A DNA stretch of 64,000 bases from the human T2T-CHM13v2.0 reference genome, Homo sapiens. A program made the translations under genes and the position numbers. The stretch lies in assembly GCF_009914755.1 (NCBI RefSeq), contig NC_060944.1; one strand, 5' to 3'. The notes under the pieces were generated by a model. That model was not told the origin of the DNA and ran no database searches. It saw only the letters and a program-made list of their open reading frames with translations. Positions within the stretch are counted from its first letter, which is position 1. Every line of letters begins with the position of its first letter. Positions 44,874 through 59,102 of this stretch are shown here, piece after piece.

Positions 44874-46142
44874 ATAATGATCGCAGAATGGCAGTGAGCG
44901 TTTACTGAGGCACCTGCTGTTCTAAGTGCATTAAAGGCACACGGTGCAGGTCATCCTCATGGAGAGCCTGGGCAGAGGCCCTCTCACCCAGTCTAGGGAT
45001 GTGGAACTCAGGTCTGGGGTGAATTCACTTCCCCTCCAACGTGCAGCTCATTGGTGGTAGAGCTACGATTTGAACGTGGCTTCAGAAACTTATAGGAACG
45101 TAAATGTTCTTCAGAGGCTTGGAAGGTGATGAGCTTATCCAGTGAGATATGGGTTTAGAAGCATCCCCTGCTGCTGGTCCTGTGCTCCTCCCTGGCTGGG
45201 TTTCTCAGAAAGGGCTGACCCATGAAAACTGAGGGCTGCCCATGTGGAGCTGGGGTTTTGGTTCTGATCCATTAAGCCCAGGGCTTTACTGGGTCCCAAC
45301 ACTACCCACAATCCCCGTCCCCTTGATTTTAATGAAACTCTTAGGCCGATCCACCCCGAGGAGAGTGGGCCACCACAGACAGGCAGAGTCTGAGTAGGGC
45401 AGTCAGTGGAGACAGGTTTGTCTGCAGTGACGCTGTCAAGGCTCCTTTGGATTCTTCTGACTGCCGGCGTCGCCTCCCCAGGCATCACCGAGCCTTTTCT
45501 TGCTACACTCGGCTCTGTGACTCTGCTTCAGAGGATAGCCCTTAGGCTGCTGGAGCTGCTGACAATATAGGGACAAAGTGCAGATCATTGGTTTAGTGTC
45601 TGTTACTTTTGTTTAGCCACAGTCCCATGTCTAGACAATGTCCAGGACAGTGGATTTGTCAGAGAAGGAGAGAGGGTCCGGGCTGCCACCTCACTGCCCC
45701 TTGGTGTATTTATCAATGCTAAAATCGGGAGCATTTCCCTGTCCCTCTGGACAGGGAAAGGAAGGGAGACCACCAACCGACCAGCCTCTCCGGGCCTGAT
45801 GGGAGGAAGGTGTAGGGAGCTGTGGTGCCAAGTGGCCGGCCCTGTTCTGTGTGGCCCGCATAAGAAGGAGCTGCAGTCCTATCACCTCTCCTAAACTTCT
45901 TCTTGCTCACCTCAACCTCCTTAAAGCCTCCAGGGGCTACCACTGTAAAATGGGTAAAGCCTGGGCTCCTTAGCTTTATCCTCAGGGAACTCCGTAATCT
46001 CCATGCCTTTTAATCCTTAGTTCCCACTGTTCTGTTTTCCATACCCTGTTTTCCCACTGTTTCCAGTTTCCACCCTACATAGCCCCTCCATCAGGCTTTT
46101 GCTTATTCAACAGCCTCTGGTATTGAAATTATCAGGAATAAT

Positions 46143-46635
46143 GTATCAGTTAGCTATAGCTGCATAACAAAACATCCTCATATCAATTGCATAATCCAGC
46201 AGTCATTTGCTGTTGCTCATGTGCCTGTGTGTTCTCTGGGTTCAGCTGGTCAGGGCTGGGCTTTGCCAGGCAGTTTTGCTCCAGGCTGCCTTGGCCCAGG
46301 TAGTTTTGCTCTCAGTGCTAGTCTGTGGGTGGGCAAGGAGGGCTCGACTCCACCATGCTTGTTTTGAGCCAAGGCTGCAGCACAGTAGTGACCCAGGGGG
46401 ACTTCTCCTCATGTCATTGGCAGAAAAATAAGAGGGAACGTGGAAACACACAAGGCTTCTTGATTCCTAGGCTCAAAACCGGAAAACAATCCCTTCTTCT
46501 AGAGGCTATTGGTGAAACAAAGTTGAATGCTCCAGCCCAAAGTAAAGGGGCAAGAAAATAGCTCACACCCACCTTACCTTGGAGAGGGTGTGGATGCAGG
46601 AGAGATGAAGATTTACGGCAAATAATGCCTCCTAC
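46143..46635 (-). mobile_element. MLT1K/L-like solo LTR
   Basis: tgtatcagttagctatagctgcataacaaa. Confidence 0.65.
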
Positions 46636-46987
46636 CACAAGAGGTGACAATAGCAAATAGCACAGTAGTAGCAGAGACAATCACACGTGCTGTAAAGTAC
46701 TTACCATGTGTTAGCCCCAAATTATAGGATTATCAGCAGTGTTGATTCTCACTGTTGCCCTGTAGGAGACCACCCGAGGCTTCTAATGGTTCCTAACATC
46801 CCCTAAGACCGCACAGTTTTTAATGACAGAATCTTGAACTGAGCTGAAGATTTGTCTTTGTGGATCTGAGCCCAGAATTTGGAAGCTGCAGTTTGACTCC
46901 AAAGTCCAATTCATGTCAAAATCTTACCTCTCCTTCAAAGTCTCCCTCAAATGTTGGCTTCCTCATGAGCCATTTCTCAATTTAGTA

Positions 46988-47195
46988 CAGGTTGAATTTG
47001 CAGATCTAAAAATTTGATCTCTGAAATGCTCCTTATTGAAGGCCAACATGATGCCTAAAGAAAGTGCTCACTGGATTTGGGATTTTGGAGTTTGGATTTT
47101 GGGATTCGCAACACACAACCAGTAAGTATATTCCAAAATGTGAAATCTGAAACACTTCTGGTGCCAAGTATTTCAGATAAGGGATACTCTGTCTG
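46988..47195. mobile_element. MER46/Tigger4-type TcMar MITE
   Basis: ta|caggttga... and ...aaacacttctggtgccaagtatttcagataagggatactc. Confidence 0.75.
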
Positions 47196-50100
47196 AATTA
47201 TACTATGCCTGCACACTCGATTAGTGAGATTGTGGATATAAATCTTTGCTGTATTCTGCCACTGTTGGATATTTTAATGGAGTTTGGTCTAATAGAACTT
47301 CACAACAGGCATGTGTAATAAACCCAGCTCTACACACACAAACACAGTACTGAAAGACCAAGAGGGATTCCATTGCTTTTCACATCTGATGTTATTTGTT
47401 AAACGAAGAAGTCCTTTTCTTGAGAACAGAACATGTTAATGATTTGTATTGTCCCAAGCTTGGAAGTAAAAACCTTGGAATTGCTAAGCATGAATGTGCT
47501 TATCTAGGGTCACTGAGCAACCATCAGAAGCCCCAAACAGTGTTGACATTCGGCAAAGGCTGGGTATCCCAGACTCGGTCACCTGAAATGGAAAATACTT
47601 TCTCACCAGCAAAAGTATAGATACCTTTTGGTTAAACGAGATTGAAGTCACACCTTTGTGAGAGGAATAGCACAGCCAAAATTTAGGGGGCCCACCTGGT
47701 GATTCTGAACATTTTATTTGGACAAGTTGCATACTTTTTAAACGCAGGCTCTTGAAAAATTCCTTTAGAAATGTCAAGGTGACTGGTGTATTAAAAAAGT
47801 GAGCCAGAGCAAACAAAGGTGACATTCTTTTAATTCTTTCCCTGCTGGGTCATTTTCTCCTTGCTGTCATCTCTGCGTACGGCCATCGTCCATAATGGAC
47901 CCTCGACCTGCTCAGAGGTTCACACTTGAGGGAAATTGCAAAGTAGAGGAAATTTTGACCCAGAGGCCTCTTCACCTCTTCCCACCAAAGCTCCAGCAGA
48001 GGCTCAAACTTAAAGCTAGGAAGTGAGAGAACCAAATCATGCTGGCAAATTTTCTCTGCTACATCTTCCAAAAACATGGTGATAAGGACAGGAGTCACCA
48101 AAGGTGTTGTTCCCGGCATCTTTCATCATCCACTGGGGAAGAGGCTCCTGCTCGGGGACCCTGAGCTGCCTCTAATTATCGGTCACACTGCCAGCTCTGT
48201 CTCTCCCCATGACCCATGACACTGCCAGCTTTGCAATTTTGTTTTCTGAATAAGAAGCTTCACATTTAGCTTTTAGATTTGAAATCTGGTTTGGGATTTT
48301 TTTTTTTTTTAATGAGCATGCCTGTGCATCATATCAGTAAAGCTGATGATATGAGTGTATTCTATCAGACTGAATCATATGTTAATACATTTGCCACTAT
48401 GTTTGACATACAGAAATAATTCCATATTGTTTTACCCATAGAATTGCTTGCTTCCATGACCCCAAAGATGAATACAAACACACAAAAAAACCCCAAAAGT
48501 TACAGATATAAGTGAATTTTGAAAAATAATATACTTTCTGGACAAATTAATACCTAATTTCTACACACTAAATATTATTTCCCACTCACATAACAAAGTC
48601 AGCAAACTGTTTCTTTGGTAAACAATTGGCTCTGTCGATGTTATAAAATCATTTTTAGGAAAAAGACTAACATGAAACAATGGTAGAAAATCAGAATGCA
48701 AACTAGTCAACATTCCTTGAACTATGAACGTGAAGTAAAAATTTTACAAGTGGCAACCTAAGCATTTAAGAAAAAACAGTTACTGCTTAAATAAGAAACC
48801 TGTTGCATGGAAAAGCCACCTTCCTCTGTACTTATAGGACAAAATGTGTTGTACTCTTGGGGATCCTCAAGTTCAAATGAGAATCTCAACAATTTCCATT
48901 TCCATTTTCCTGAAGACTTGGCACACGCTGGCTAGCAAGGCTGCCCAACAGCAGAGCTGCGCAGCTGCAAAGGCCTTTACGTCTTTGTCACCAAGTTGGC
49001 CAGGAGCTGCCTATGTGGGAAGTCTTATAATGCATCAACAAGAGGGAAGCAGCAAGAACTGAATCTCACTGGCTCATCAATTCCCAAGTGGCTGGCAGCA
49101 GCTAAGATACTACCCTTTTTCTGAGCCAATAGCTTTCTCAGGCTGTATATGTGCCACCTTGCAACTGGCCTCTTGCAACACAGAGAATATGAAAGAAAAT
49201 TTTTATCATTCTCTGGTAGTCTTTTGCTTTCTGGAGTACTCTGTTCTGTAATGCACAATTAGAAGTGATTTCTCCATCAACATAATGAAACTGTAGTTAA
49301 AATGAGTTCACTATTTTCAGGAAAATTACTGAAAATGATGATGATGATGTCACCAAAGCTGGTCCATCAGGAAAGCATGCAGCCAAGACATCTTTCTACT
49401 ATTCAACATGGACAATTTAGTTTCACCCAAAACGCCATCTATCATGTTAAACTAATGCTGATAATTTGAATTTGTTGGTTTTATAGGGTTTAATAAGTGT
49501 GCAAAGTTGTATGTTGCTCTTGGTTAAGAGCTACATTCACTAGGTGATTCTTCCTGGAGTTGTACAGGTTTATGAGATATGTTGATAATTCCCTGATGTC
49601 TTTTTCCTTACAAGCAGTTGATACTTTCTCAGGTTTGGTGAGGACCCATGTAGAATTACAAGAGAGAATCCACCTGTGGCTACCCACTGCTGAGTCTTAA
49701 CACTGCAATTGGCTGGATTGGGGCAATTCATACAACTTGTCACAGAAGCAGAACCAGGATTCTTCCCTAGCAGTAAATAGACAGGGACCGTGTGGGGCAC
49801 CAGAAGCAGCTATGCAGGCACTCTAGACAGACCTTCCCATCTCTGCACAGGGCAAAGTCGGTCCCAGCCAGCAGCTGCCTCCCCGGGCATGCACCAGCAC
49901 ATGCAGTGCAAGCTTCTGCAGGTTGACTTAGTGTGATGTGAGAAAGTATCATTCACATGTTTCATGTCGTGTACTTTCAGAGTTGGGCAGAGAAACCGTG
50001 TCCCCTGTGTGGACTGCCTGCAGGCTCTCTGGGACAGACCCAGAGGTAAAAAGCCAGCACATTCCCCGTGTGCCTGCCTAGGCTCTGTTTCCCAGACACT

Positions 50101-50293
50101 CATTAGAGCCTGACACATTCTGACATATTCCACTTAGAAACACCTTATCAATAAAAACCAAATGCTTTTCGTCTTTGGCCACTTAGGAATCCCACACTGG
50201 GGACACAGTCCACGTTTAGTGGGCAATGCTTTTGGCCAGATGAGGCGCAACTAAAACTTCAGTACAAGTTTGGGGTAAAGTGCTGCATTAATT

Positions 50294-50518
50294 CAGGGAC
50301 TGGCAAACTGTGGCCAGGAGGCCAAATCTAGGCCACTGCCTGCCTTTAATAAATAAAGGTTTATTGGTACACAGCCACTCCCATTTGTTTTCATTTTGTC
50401 CATTACTGCTTTTGTGCTACAATGACAGAGTTGAGTAGTTATGACAGAGACCATATGGCCTGCAGAGCCTAAACTATTTATTCTCTGGCCTTTTACAGAA
50501 AAAGTTTGCCAACCCCTG
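50294..50518. mobile_element. MER58A (hAT-Charlie)
   Basis: TIRs cagggactggcaaact / agtttgccaacccctg. Confidence 0.9.
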
Positions 50519-50744
50519 CATAGGAATAAAAGGAAAATAGCCCCTTTCAAGGAACCCCTGGAAGGGTCCGGACACAATGCCGGCTCATGGTTGTTTTCCA
50601 TTCCTGCTCTGACTCCCAGGCTGCAATGCAGTCAAAGCCCTTTGAGCTCCCCTTGCTAAATAACTTTAACCTTTGTGAAACAAGCAGCCATCCTTCTTTT
50701 GCAGAAGGAATGACAACGATCATTTTTCCTTGCAGGTTATGGGG

Positions 50745-51300
50745 TGGTTAGCCATGTGGGCAATGGGTCTAGACAGCCAGGTTTGAATCCCTCCTCACCT
50801 TTTGAGCCCTCTGTGCCTTGGTTTACCTTTATGTAAGATGAGGATAAGAAAAGCGTGTGTCCTCTAAGGCTTTTATGAAAATGAAATGAGATACTAAGAA
50901 CAAAGTGTTTGTTTTAACTTGGACTGCCTCATCCTACACGATCAATAGAGACAGGGATTCTGGAGTTAGAGGATATCTTGAGAGGGCATCATCACTGCTG
51001 TCTTTCTGAGGAGTAAACTGAGGTCCAGTGAGGAAAAGTGACTCTGCTCCCACCCTCCATAGATATTGAGGCAGGTTTAGGAGGCAGAGGCTCCAATGGT
51101 AACGGCTGCTAATATTTTTTGAGCTCCTCTGGGTGAAGGGCCTGGGCTCCACACTTGACTTGTCATGTCTCATTGAGCGTTCGTGGCTGCCCTGTGAAAT
51201 AAGCATTTTGTTTACCCCGACTTTACAGACAGGGAAGAAGCGATGGTGCTGGAACTCACATCTGCCCAAGGTGAGCTTGCAGGAGCTCACGGCCAAGCCC
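50745..51300. mobile_element. Cluster of MIR fragments
   Basis: ggtttgaatccc, ctgtgccttggtttacc, aaactgaggtccag, ctgcccaaggt motifs. Confidence 0.65.
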
Positions 51301-51716
51301 TGGCTGCCTCTCCACGCAGCGGCACTCATGAACACACTTGGGAGCAATACAACATTTTGGGTTCCAGGGATAGAAGGGGTCAGGGGAATTCAACTAGAAA
51401 ATGCCTCAAACACCAAATTCTCCATCTGGGTAAAACTGGAACCTTTCTGGCTACCCCTCTTCTCCTGTGTACAGCATTGCAATGGGTCCATCTAGTGGTC
51501 AAAGGCAAGAATGTCCACCGGTCGGGCCTCTGAAAAGCAACTGAGCCAACAAGCCCTCCCATCTCGGCCAATCTCAGCAGGCCAAGGGACAGGCAGCCTG
51601 GCCAGACGTCGGCCTTAAGGAGGACCTGGCAAGGGACGTGTCCATGGATGTGCAAAGGAAGGGGGACACTGGCAGTGGCCACCTCTCCCTCCTCATCTTT
51701 TCAGAGCCCTGTACCC

Positions 51717-51923
51717 CAGTTCCACAGGAAGCAACATTGCCCCTCAGAGGACATTTTACAGTGTCTGGGGACATTTCTGGTTGTCACAACTGGGGGATCT
51801 TTCTGGTGTCTAGTGGGTAGAGGCCAGGAATGCTTCTTACCACTCTACAGTGATAGGGCAGCCCCCCCACGGCAAAGAGTGAGCCTCAAATGCCAACAGC
51901 GCCACACAGCACTGGAAACCCTG
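51717..51923. mobile_element. MER20
   Basis: gtctggggacatttctggttgtcacaactggggg...gggtagaggccagg...aaaccctg. Confidence 0.85.
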
Positions 51924-52114
51924 AGGTGTCCTCCTTCCAAATGGAACCGGGCAGGCCTGGGGATTCCACGAGGCTGTGCGTGCTCAGAACCCTTGCATGT
52001 GCATTCCTGCCTAGACCGCTCTCCCCATCCCCACTCTCTTACCTCATCCTCTTCCTTCACCTCTCAGCCCACTTGTCTCCTGTTCGGGGGAGCTCATCTG
52101 CTCATGTCTGCCTC

Positions 52115-52460
52115 TTTGTCTGGGTTTTATCTCTCCACATGCAGGCCTGAGACAAGGATTTGGAGGCAAGCAGTTTATTTGAGAGAGGATTCCAGGAAGC
52201 ATCTGTAAGAGAGTGAGGAAGAGGGACCGGAAGTGTGGGGGTGGAAGCATTGAAGGGTGAGTTGATGGGCAGCCATTGCTGTGAGCAGCCGAGGTGTGGT
52301 CTCTGAAGGAGGGGGGCGGGGGCATGAGGACTCAGAACTGTCCCCTCCAGGAGAATGAAGCCAAAGTGTTTATCCTTCAGCTCCCTGGCTGTTCCTGCAC
52401 ACTAGCCACTTACATTGCAGCTACCTGTGCACTGATAAAGGAACTGATGTCTGTCCGGTC
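52115..52460 (-). mobile_element. Ancient ERVL solo LTR (LTR16/41/67 group)
   Basis: cctgagacaaggatttggaggcaagcagtttatttg. Confidence 0.6.
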
Positions 52461-53479
52461 TGCACACATCTCTCCATTGTGAAGGGCATTCAAGTTTGCC
52501 CTCTCTCACCCTGGTCCTCAGAAGCTAATGGGTCACTTTCCCAAATTGAAGCTCCAGAGACCAGGAACAGAGGACTGGTATAGTTGATGAGTCTACACAA
52601 CAGGAGGCTGGCCCCACCTAGTGCAAGGATTTGGGAATTGTGACATCACCCTGGAGGCAATGCTAGCTCCCCCATGATCCACGGCCACATTGTTAGGGCT
52701 ATGGAAACCTGACGGTTTGAGGGCAGACCACCAAGAGAATTGTTACATCACATCCCCAGCTAGACCAGGCTTAGTTTGCTTAGTAAGAAAGGCAATATTT
52801 TTGTTGAATTTCACATTTTCTACCAAGTAACGAATTAACCTTTTTGAAATCGCAGAGGAGATCACAGCAGGAAATGAAGCCATATCCTGTACACGCTGGC
52901 TACCACATATGAACCATCAGAGAGATGGAGGGCAATGTCTGGAAGAAGGACGGGAAGAGGGAATATAAGAACATTCAGTATTAATGGATTCCAAACTCCG
53001 TGTGATAACCAGCCGGTCCTGGACCAGTTTATCATCGCAGTGTGGACTGATTCTCTTTTGCAGGAAGTTAGTTTTGACTTCACCAGCTGGATTGGAGGGC
53101 ACCTGTGGCATACCTTGTCCTATTGCTGTGGGGGACTTCGTCCAGCTTTTAGACATGCAAGACTAAATGTGAATACCATCTATACGTAAGTGGCTGAGAA
53201 AATGCTGTGGAGAAGCTTACAGCTCTCCATCATCAGCGATATAAGCACACTTTGATTAATCAGGTGAACTGCATACAATCAGGTAGTCTTGCTGAGGATG
53301 AAGAACTTTATATGGATTTGGGGTAATAGGACTAAAGTCCTTAGCATCACTTGTTTGGATTTTTCTCGTTTCATGAGTAGTTGATAATTCAGCAAAGGTT
53401 TCTTAAGCACCTAATCTGACCATTGCACAGAGGGCTAACTGCGGGGAATACAGCAGAAATGACATCTAAATGGCACATA

Positions 53480-53935
53480 GGGTACCACTCCCCAGCTGTG
53501 CCCATGCGCTGCAGCGAAGGGAACTACATTTCCCGGGAGGCCTTGCGCTCTCGCTTCCTGGTAGATTCAGCCAATGGGAGGCACTGGCCGGAGATTGGCT
53601 GCTGGGAGGAGGAGAGAAGCCTGGATGTGCCAGCCTCTTCTTCCTGTTTCTCATGGCTTCATCCATGATTTTAGCTCCAGCACAAGGCAGTCTCTCTCTG
53701 TGCTCCCATTGTGCCTGGCTGGGAGGGCACAGAGACCTTGGGCTCAGAGAGCCCCACATGCATTCTCCTTTTGCCCCCCTGGCCTAGGGGTGAGATCAGT
53801 TTCCTGGTGTTGCTCATATCTGGATTTTGTCTCTACTTCTTGTTTGACTCCTCAACTCTTCATTCACCTGTGCCACAAACCCCCATATTAAGTTCTCTCT
53901 GCTTGAAATACCTAGTGTAGTTTCCGGGATTTTGG
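53480..53935 (+). mobile_element. LTR33-like ERVL solo LTR
   Basis: actacatttccc...cagccaatgggaggcactgg; ctgcttgaaatacctag. Confidence 0.65.
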
Positions 53936-53988
53936 ACATCTTGCCTACTCCTTCAAACATATTTCATATCCCTTTCCCTCCTGCATGA

Positions 53989-54307
<319 letters not shown>

Positions 54308-55004
54308 ACACGTCCTTCATGTTCTAAGACTCCCACCTCTTTCTTACCCCAGGGCCTTGGCACTTGCTTTCCTTCTGCTTTAAATATTCCTTCCCTGGAG
54401 CTCCATGTGGCTGCCACTTTCTCATCCCTCAAACTTTCTGTTGCCCTCTCAGGTAACATGGGAACAAAAAGCAAATGTTACTTTATCAGAGGCTCTCATT
54501 GAAAATCATAGCTAATGCACCCACTCACCCCACCCTCACTGCAATTTACTTGACTTTCTATCATGTTGTCCTGTTTATTTGTTTCACATCGTGTATCCCA
54601 ATCTGCAATGATTTCCTTTACTTGTTTGCATAGTTTGAACTCACGACAAGGTCAAACGTAAGGTGGTTTTAAAATAATGTGTTTCTTTATCATTTTTGGA
54701 GCTAAATTTTGGGCAAGGGGACATGGGTGTTAGAGTTTGTGAATTCATCTTCTTGCAGTGGATGTGCCCTCGCTCACTGTTACTCATCCTCCTGAATGGG
54801 GTCAGGGCCTGTTTTAAATGGTAGGTGGCATTTCTCTGCTGTTAAGCATGTGATTTTCTCTGCATCAGAATCCTGGGCAGTCACTGTCTGGGTGGCAGTG
54901 GGCACCCTCTTCTGTCAGTGCTTCAAGGGTGACAAGCATCTCATTGCAAAACAGACATGATTCTTTTCACTTTATGACATGTTGATCAAACCCCTCAGAT
55001 AAAT

Positions 55005-55380
55005 TGTTGGTGCCCCATCCTGTATCCCCTCAGCCTACCTGTGTTCATCTTCAGCCATGAGGGGCAGATTGCTGTAAATTGACAACTTCCCATTCAAGCC
55101 CTTGTCTCTGCCTGAGGGCTTCCCCATCACAGGAGCCTGCTTCACTGTGAATGTACTTACCTAGAAAGGGGAGCACAGGCAAGACCCCCAGCCCAGAGAA
55201 TTGAGTTTGGATGCTCACACGGGTAACCTGCCCTTGACGCCTCCATTATCTTTTTCCTTGCCTCCTCCATTCACTTCCCTACTCCCTCATTTGTGCTTCC
55301 TGGGACCACCTTCCACATAAGCTGCCTGCACCCAAGCCCTTGTCTCTGGATCCACTTTGGGAGGATCCACACCAAGCAGA
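55005..55380 (+). mobile_element. LTR16-like solo LTR
   Basis: tgttggtgccccatcctgtatcccctcagcc...cctgcacccaagcccttgtctc. Confidence 0.7.
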
Positions 55381-55697
55381 ACTCAATTCCCTTTTTCTTA
55401 GCAGCACTTCCTCTTTGTGCCACATCAAGATCCACTTCTGTGGAAAAAGCCTGTGTGGGCATGGGGGCTTAGGCCTGCCAAAGTCTAAGAAACCACGTGG
55501 ACCACACCTGGGAATTGTTCCCCTGGGGAGTTGGAGACGTGGGCATTTTGTCCTCTACTCGTGTCCCTACCCATGTCCACCTCTAGCCCTTCCTGCCCTC
55601 TTGGCCATTTACCTTCCCTGTTACCCTTTGCTCACCGTCTTCCTCACCAGAATGGAGAACTGGCCCCTGGCAAGCTCGCCCCATGGCTGCACCTTTA

Positions 55698-55878
55698 AAG
55701 TTGTCTTCTCCAAGCGTGTGCTGGGCTGTCAGCAGCGTCACCCAGGAGCTGGAAGTGCAAATGCTCAGGTCCTTCCCCAGACCTGCTAAATCAGAGACTC
55801 AGAGGGTGGGCTCCACCCTTGTGTGCCCACAGCCCTCCAGGGGACTCCAGGGCTTGCTGCAGCCCTAGAAGCACTGCT
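55698..55878. mobile_element. MER5A
   Basis: ccccagacctgctaaatcagagactc...agaagcactg. Confidence 0.8.
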
Positions 55879-55967
55879 CTAAAGCCATACTAATTAGCAT
55901 TAGATGTATAGTTCACAACAGCTTGTTCTGCTTCTAACCACTGGTCGGAGGGGTTGGGGCCTGATTA

Positions 55968-56872
55968 TGTAACAGCATATGATGACTCATTAATGATGAG
56001 AGATGTTCTCGTGTTTACCAATATCTTCATATCAGTTTGCCAAAGTAATTCTTGATACCACACCCAGATGCTGGGAAGAACAGGGGCTTTGGGAACTGAA
56101 GCCCTCACATTGACCTCCAGCCCTGTCAGTGCCCCATGCATCCCTGGGGTACCTTTCCCCATCTGTGCATGCTGTTCCTGGGTGCCGCTATGACCCCCAC
56201 AGCCAGTGCCAGCTTCTCTCTGTGAGCAGCTGTCCCAAGGCTGCTGGAGCCCTTGTGCTCACCCTGCTTGCATGGGGGCCTGAGACAGTCCTTACCCAGT
56301 GATGGGTGGATGCAAGGGACGCAAGACATCCCTCAGGTTCAATGATTCAAGAGAACTCATAGGAACCAGAAAGGTCACCAGATTCACGATTACCTCTTAC
56401 TACACATGGTTCCAACACTACACAGCAAGTCGAAGTCAGCAGTGGGAAGATGCACCTAGGGTGGGTCCCAGGAGAGCTCTAGCTGTGGTGCTCCAGTGTC
56501 CTCTCCTAGTGGGGCTCTGCAGCAGTGCTTAGTTCTCCCAGTAATGACATGGGGCAGCATGCATGGAATATTGCTGACCAGGGACACTGACCTGAGCCTT
56601 GGCGTCCAGGGTTTTTATTGAAGGCTTGGTCACGTAAACATGATGGACAATCTACATGGCTGACCTGGTCTCCAGCCCCTTGACAGATCAAGCTGATACA
56701 AGACCTCCACTGTGAATCCTATCCTTAGCATCAACTACCTGGTGTGGCCTAAGGCCTCGGTAAACAGACACTTATCAGACAGGACATTAGAGATTAAAGG
56801 ACTTAGAGGCTGCCTTCCAGGAGCTGTGCCAGGGCCACACCTTTCTTTGGGCAAGGTTAACCCTTTACTACT
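55968..56872. mobile_element. MER21-like ERVL LTR
   Basis: gataccacacccagatgct; ttctttgggcaaggttaaccctttactac. Confidence 0.7.
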
Positions 56873-59102
56873 TGCAGAATATGAATATTCCAGCTCCTTC
56901 ATCGCCAGTGCGGCCTCTCTGGGGTGTGACCAGCCCTGACTCTGTCTCAGAACTCCCTAGCAGGAGGAAGCCAGAAGCACCCACGTGGTTCCTGGCTCAC
57001 TTTTTTCACTCCCCAGTCCCACCTTTCCACTGTCTTGCCTCTTTTTGTTGTTGTTGTTCTGGGAACACTTTCTAATAAATCTTCACACAAAGACTTGTTT
57101 CAGATTCTGCTTCCAGGGATCCTAAAATAGGACACTGTAAGAATTTACAAAGTGATACATTTCCTGTATTTCATTAACCTGCTTATGTGAATTACTGTTA
57201 TTTTCAAACCTCAGAAATTAGCTGCAGCTGCTCTTAAGATTAAATCTGGAGAAGCCAAGATAGAACTTGGAGTTGAGTCTCGCAGTGGCAACCGGGTCTA
57301 AGGAAGGGTCACCTGGCTAGAGCTGGAGTTGACACCCAGCCGGTCCAGGAGGGGCCGCTCCCACCAGGGACTCCAATCAGAGGTGAAGGGTCAGGGTGAG
57401 GAGAGAAATGCTCTCACTTCCCTCTTCCTCTCACCTCCATCTCTTGACATCACTTCCCGTTGGATGAACCTAAATGGAAGCCAGTAGGCAAGAGAGCCTG
57501 GAAAACAGCGTTTGCAGGGGGCGGTTGTGAAATGGATCTAAAGGCAAACAACACGTGATGGACACATGTTTCGTAACCACTGATAGAGAAAAAGGCAATA
57601 GAAAAACATTGATATTAACTTAGTAGCACTTTGGATAATTAAAGCTAAAACAAAATCAGAAGCCAGAAGAGCTGTATATACTTACAAACAACAGTGCAAA
57701 TGTGTGTGCAGCACCTGTTGGGAGGCCCTGGCATTAATTCTAGGTCCCTCCATCCTTCTCTAGGGGTGAGCAGCCAACAGGGTGGTGCTTTCTCTACTAG
57801 AAGAGTCAACAGCCACAACCCCTCACCCCAACAGCTTCAAATGACATGCCGAGAACAGCACGTAGAATCCCCTTATGTTTACATGGTGTTGGTGCCCTTT
57901 GAAAATCTGATTAGCTCTTTTAATTACCATGGACCCTTTCAGCACTTAGCTGGTAAATAGCTAACTCTAATTAATAACTCTCTGTATGCTTGGGAAATAT
58001 CACTTATTTTACTGTCTGTCCTTCTGGTGCCAGTGGCTGCCAGAGCTCAGCACCTGGGAGTGACCCCACTTCACTGTCCCCTGACCTTCCACTGTTGCTC
58101 TGCCTCATTCCCCTAGACCCTGAAGCTTCTCCACCTGAGGGGAACGGGATCAACTGTGCAAACTGCCCAGAAAGCAGGCATGCCAGGGAGCACTTCCTGG
58201 ACTGTCTGTAGTGAGCTCTGTGGACAATGGGTGTGTTTTTCTCTTTAGGGCTATAGATAAACCACCTGACGGCCAAGCTGTCTGAGCGCTATGTGGTTCC
58301 ACCATACGGAAGCATCTGAAGAGCTGGCGAAAAAGCTGCCAGCACCCTAGGGGGTAGAGTTCGCGTCTCTGACTGCTGTCCCATCCCTGCTCCCAGAGAA
58401 GTGCCTGGCATGTAGCAGGGCTGCAGTGTGTCTTTGTGGATGGAACAAGCCCTGATATTTGGGCCAAGCAACCAAATGCCAGGCTGGTGGTCCCACATAA
58501 GTGTGGTGGAGTGGGTCTGCCTAGCCACCCACCAGCTGTTAAGGAGGAAGCGGTGGTGCCTGTGGTCCATAGAGCCTGAAGCCTTAGTTGGTGGTTGATC
58601 TGCTTTCTGGGAGGATCAGAAATTCCCAAACTTTAATCAAGTAGCGTTCCAGATGAGTCCAGCGACTCTGCACAAAAAAACTGGAAGCCCTCGAAGGAGA
58701 CCTAAGTTCAGATCAGGGCTCACACGTTTTCTGGCTACTGGATGTGTTTTTCTATTGCACAGATTTGCAGGCGCTTTAAATGAGAATGTGTGCCCCGGCA
58801 CTTACTAAGCACATCAGCGAAAGCTTCACAGCGCACCATCAGCCAGGCCTGCTGCTGCTAGACCCTCTGCCAGACACTGAGAAGGAAGACGTTTGTGCCC
58901 TAGGTCAAAGGCAAACCCTGGGTCCTAGGGAATGTCATTGAGGTTTGCTTAAGTAAAATGTTTTCATTTAGGTTATCTATGCCAATAAAATGATGCAAAA
59001 TTCATAAAAGCAGGTGGAAGCAAAATCGTGTCTGAATGTAGGACCCTCTTCTAGTTCCCTTTTGAAGCAGCCGCTTAGGCCGTCTGCAATTAAGCCGATT
59101 TG

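Noticed and set aside
49490-49687. 65-aa minus-strand ORF resembling a terminal coding exon
   Set aside because: No polypyrimidine tract before the candidate AG, no recognisable homology and no partner exons.
51648-52208. 186-aa ORF
   Set aside because: Spans MER20 and LTR fragments in GC-rich sequence; GTG start and no domain.
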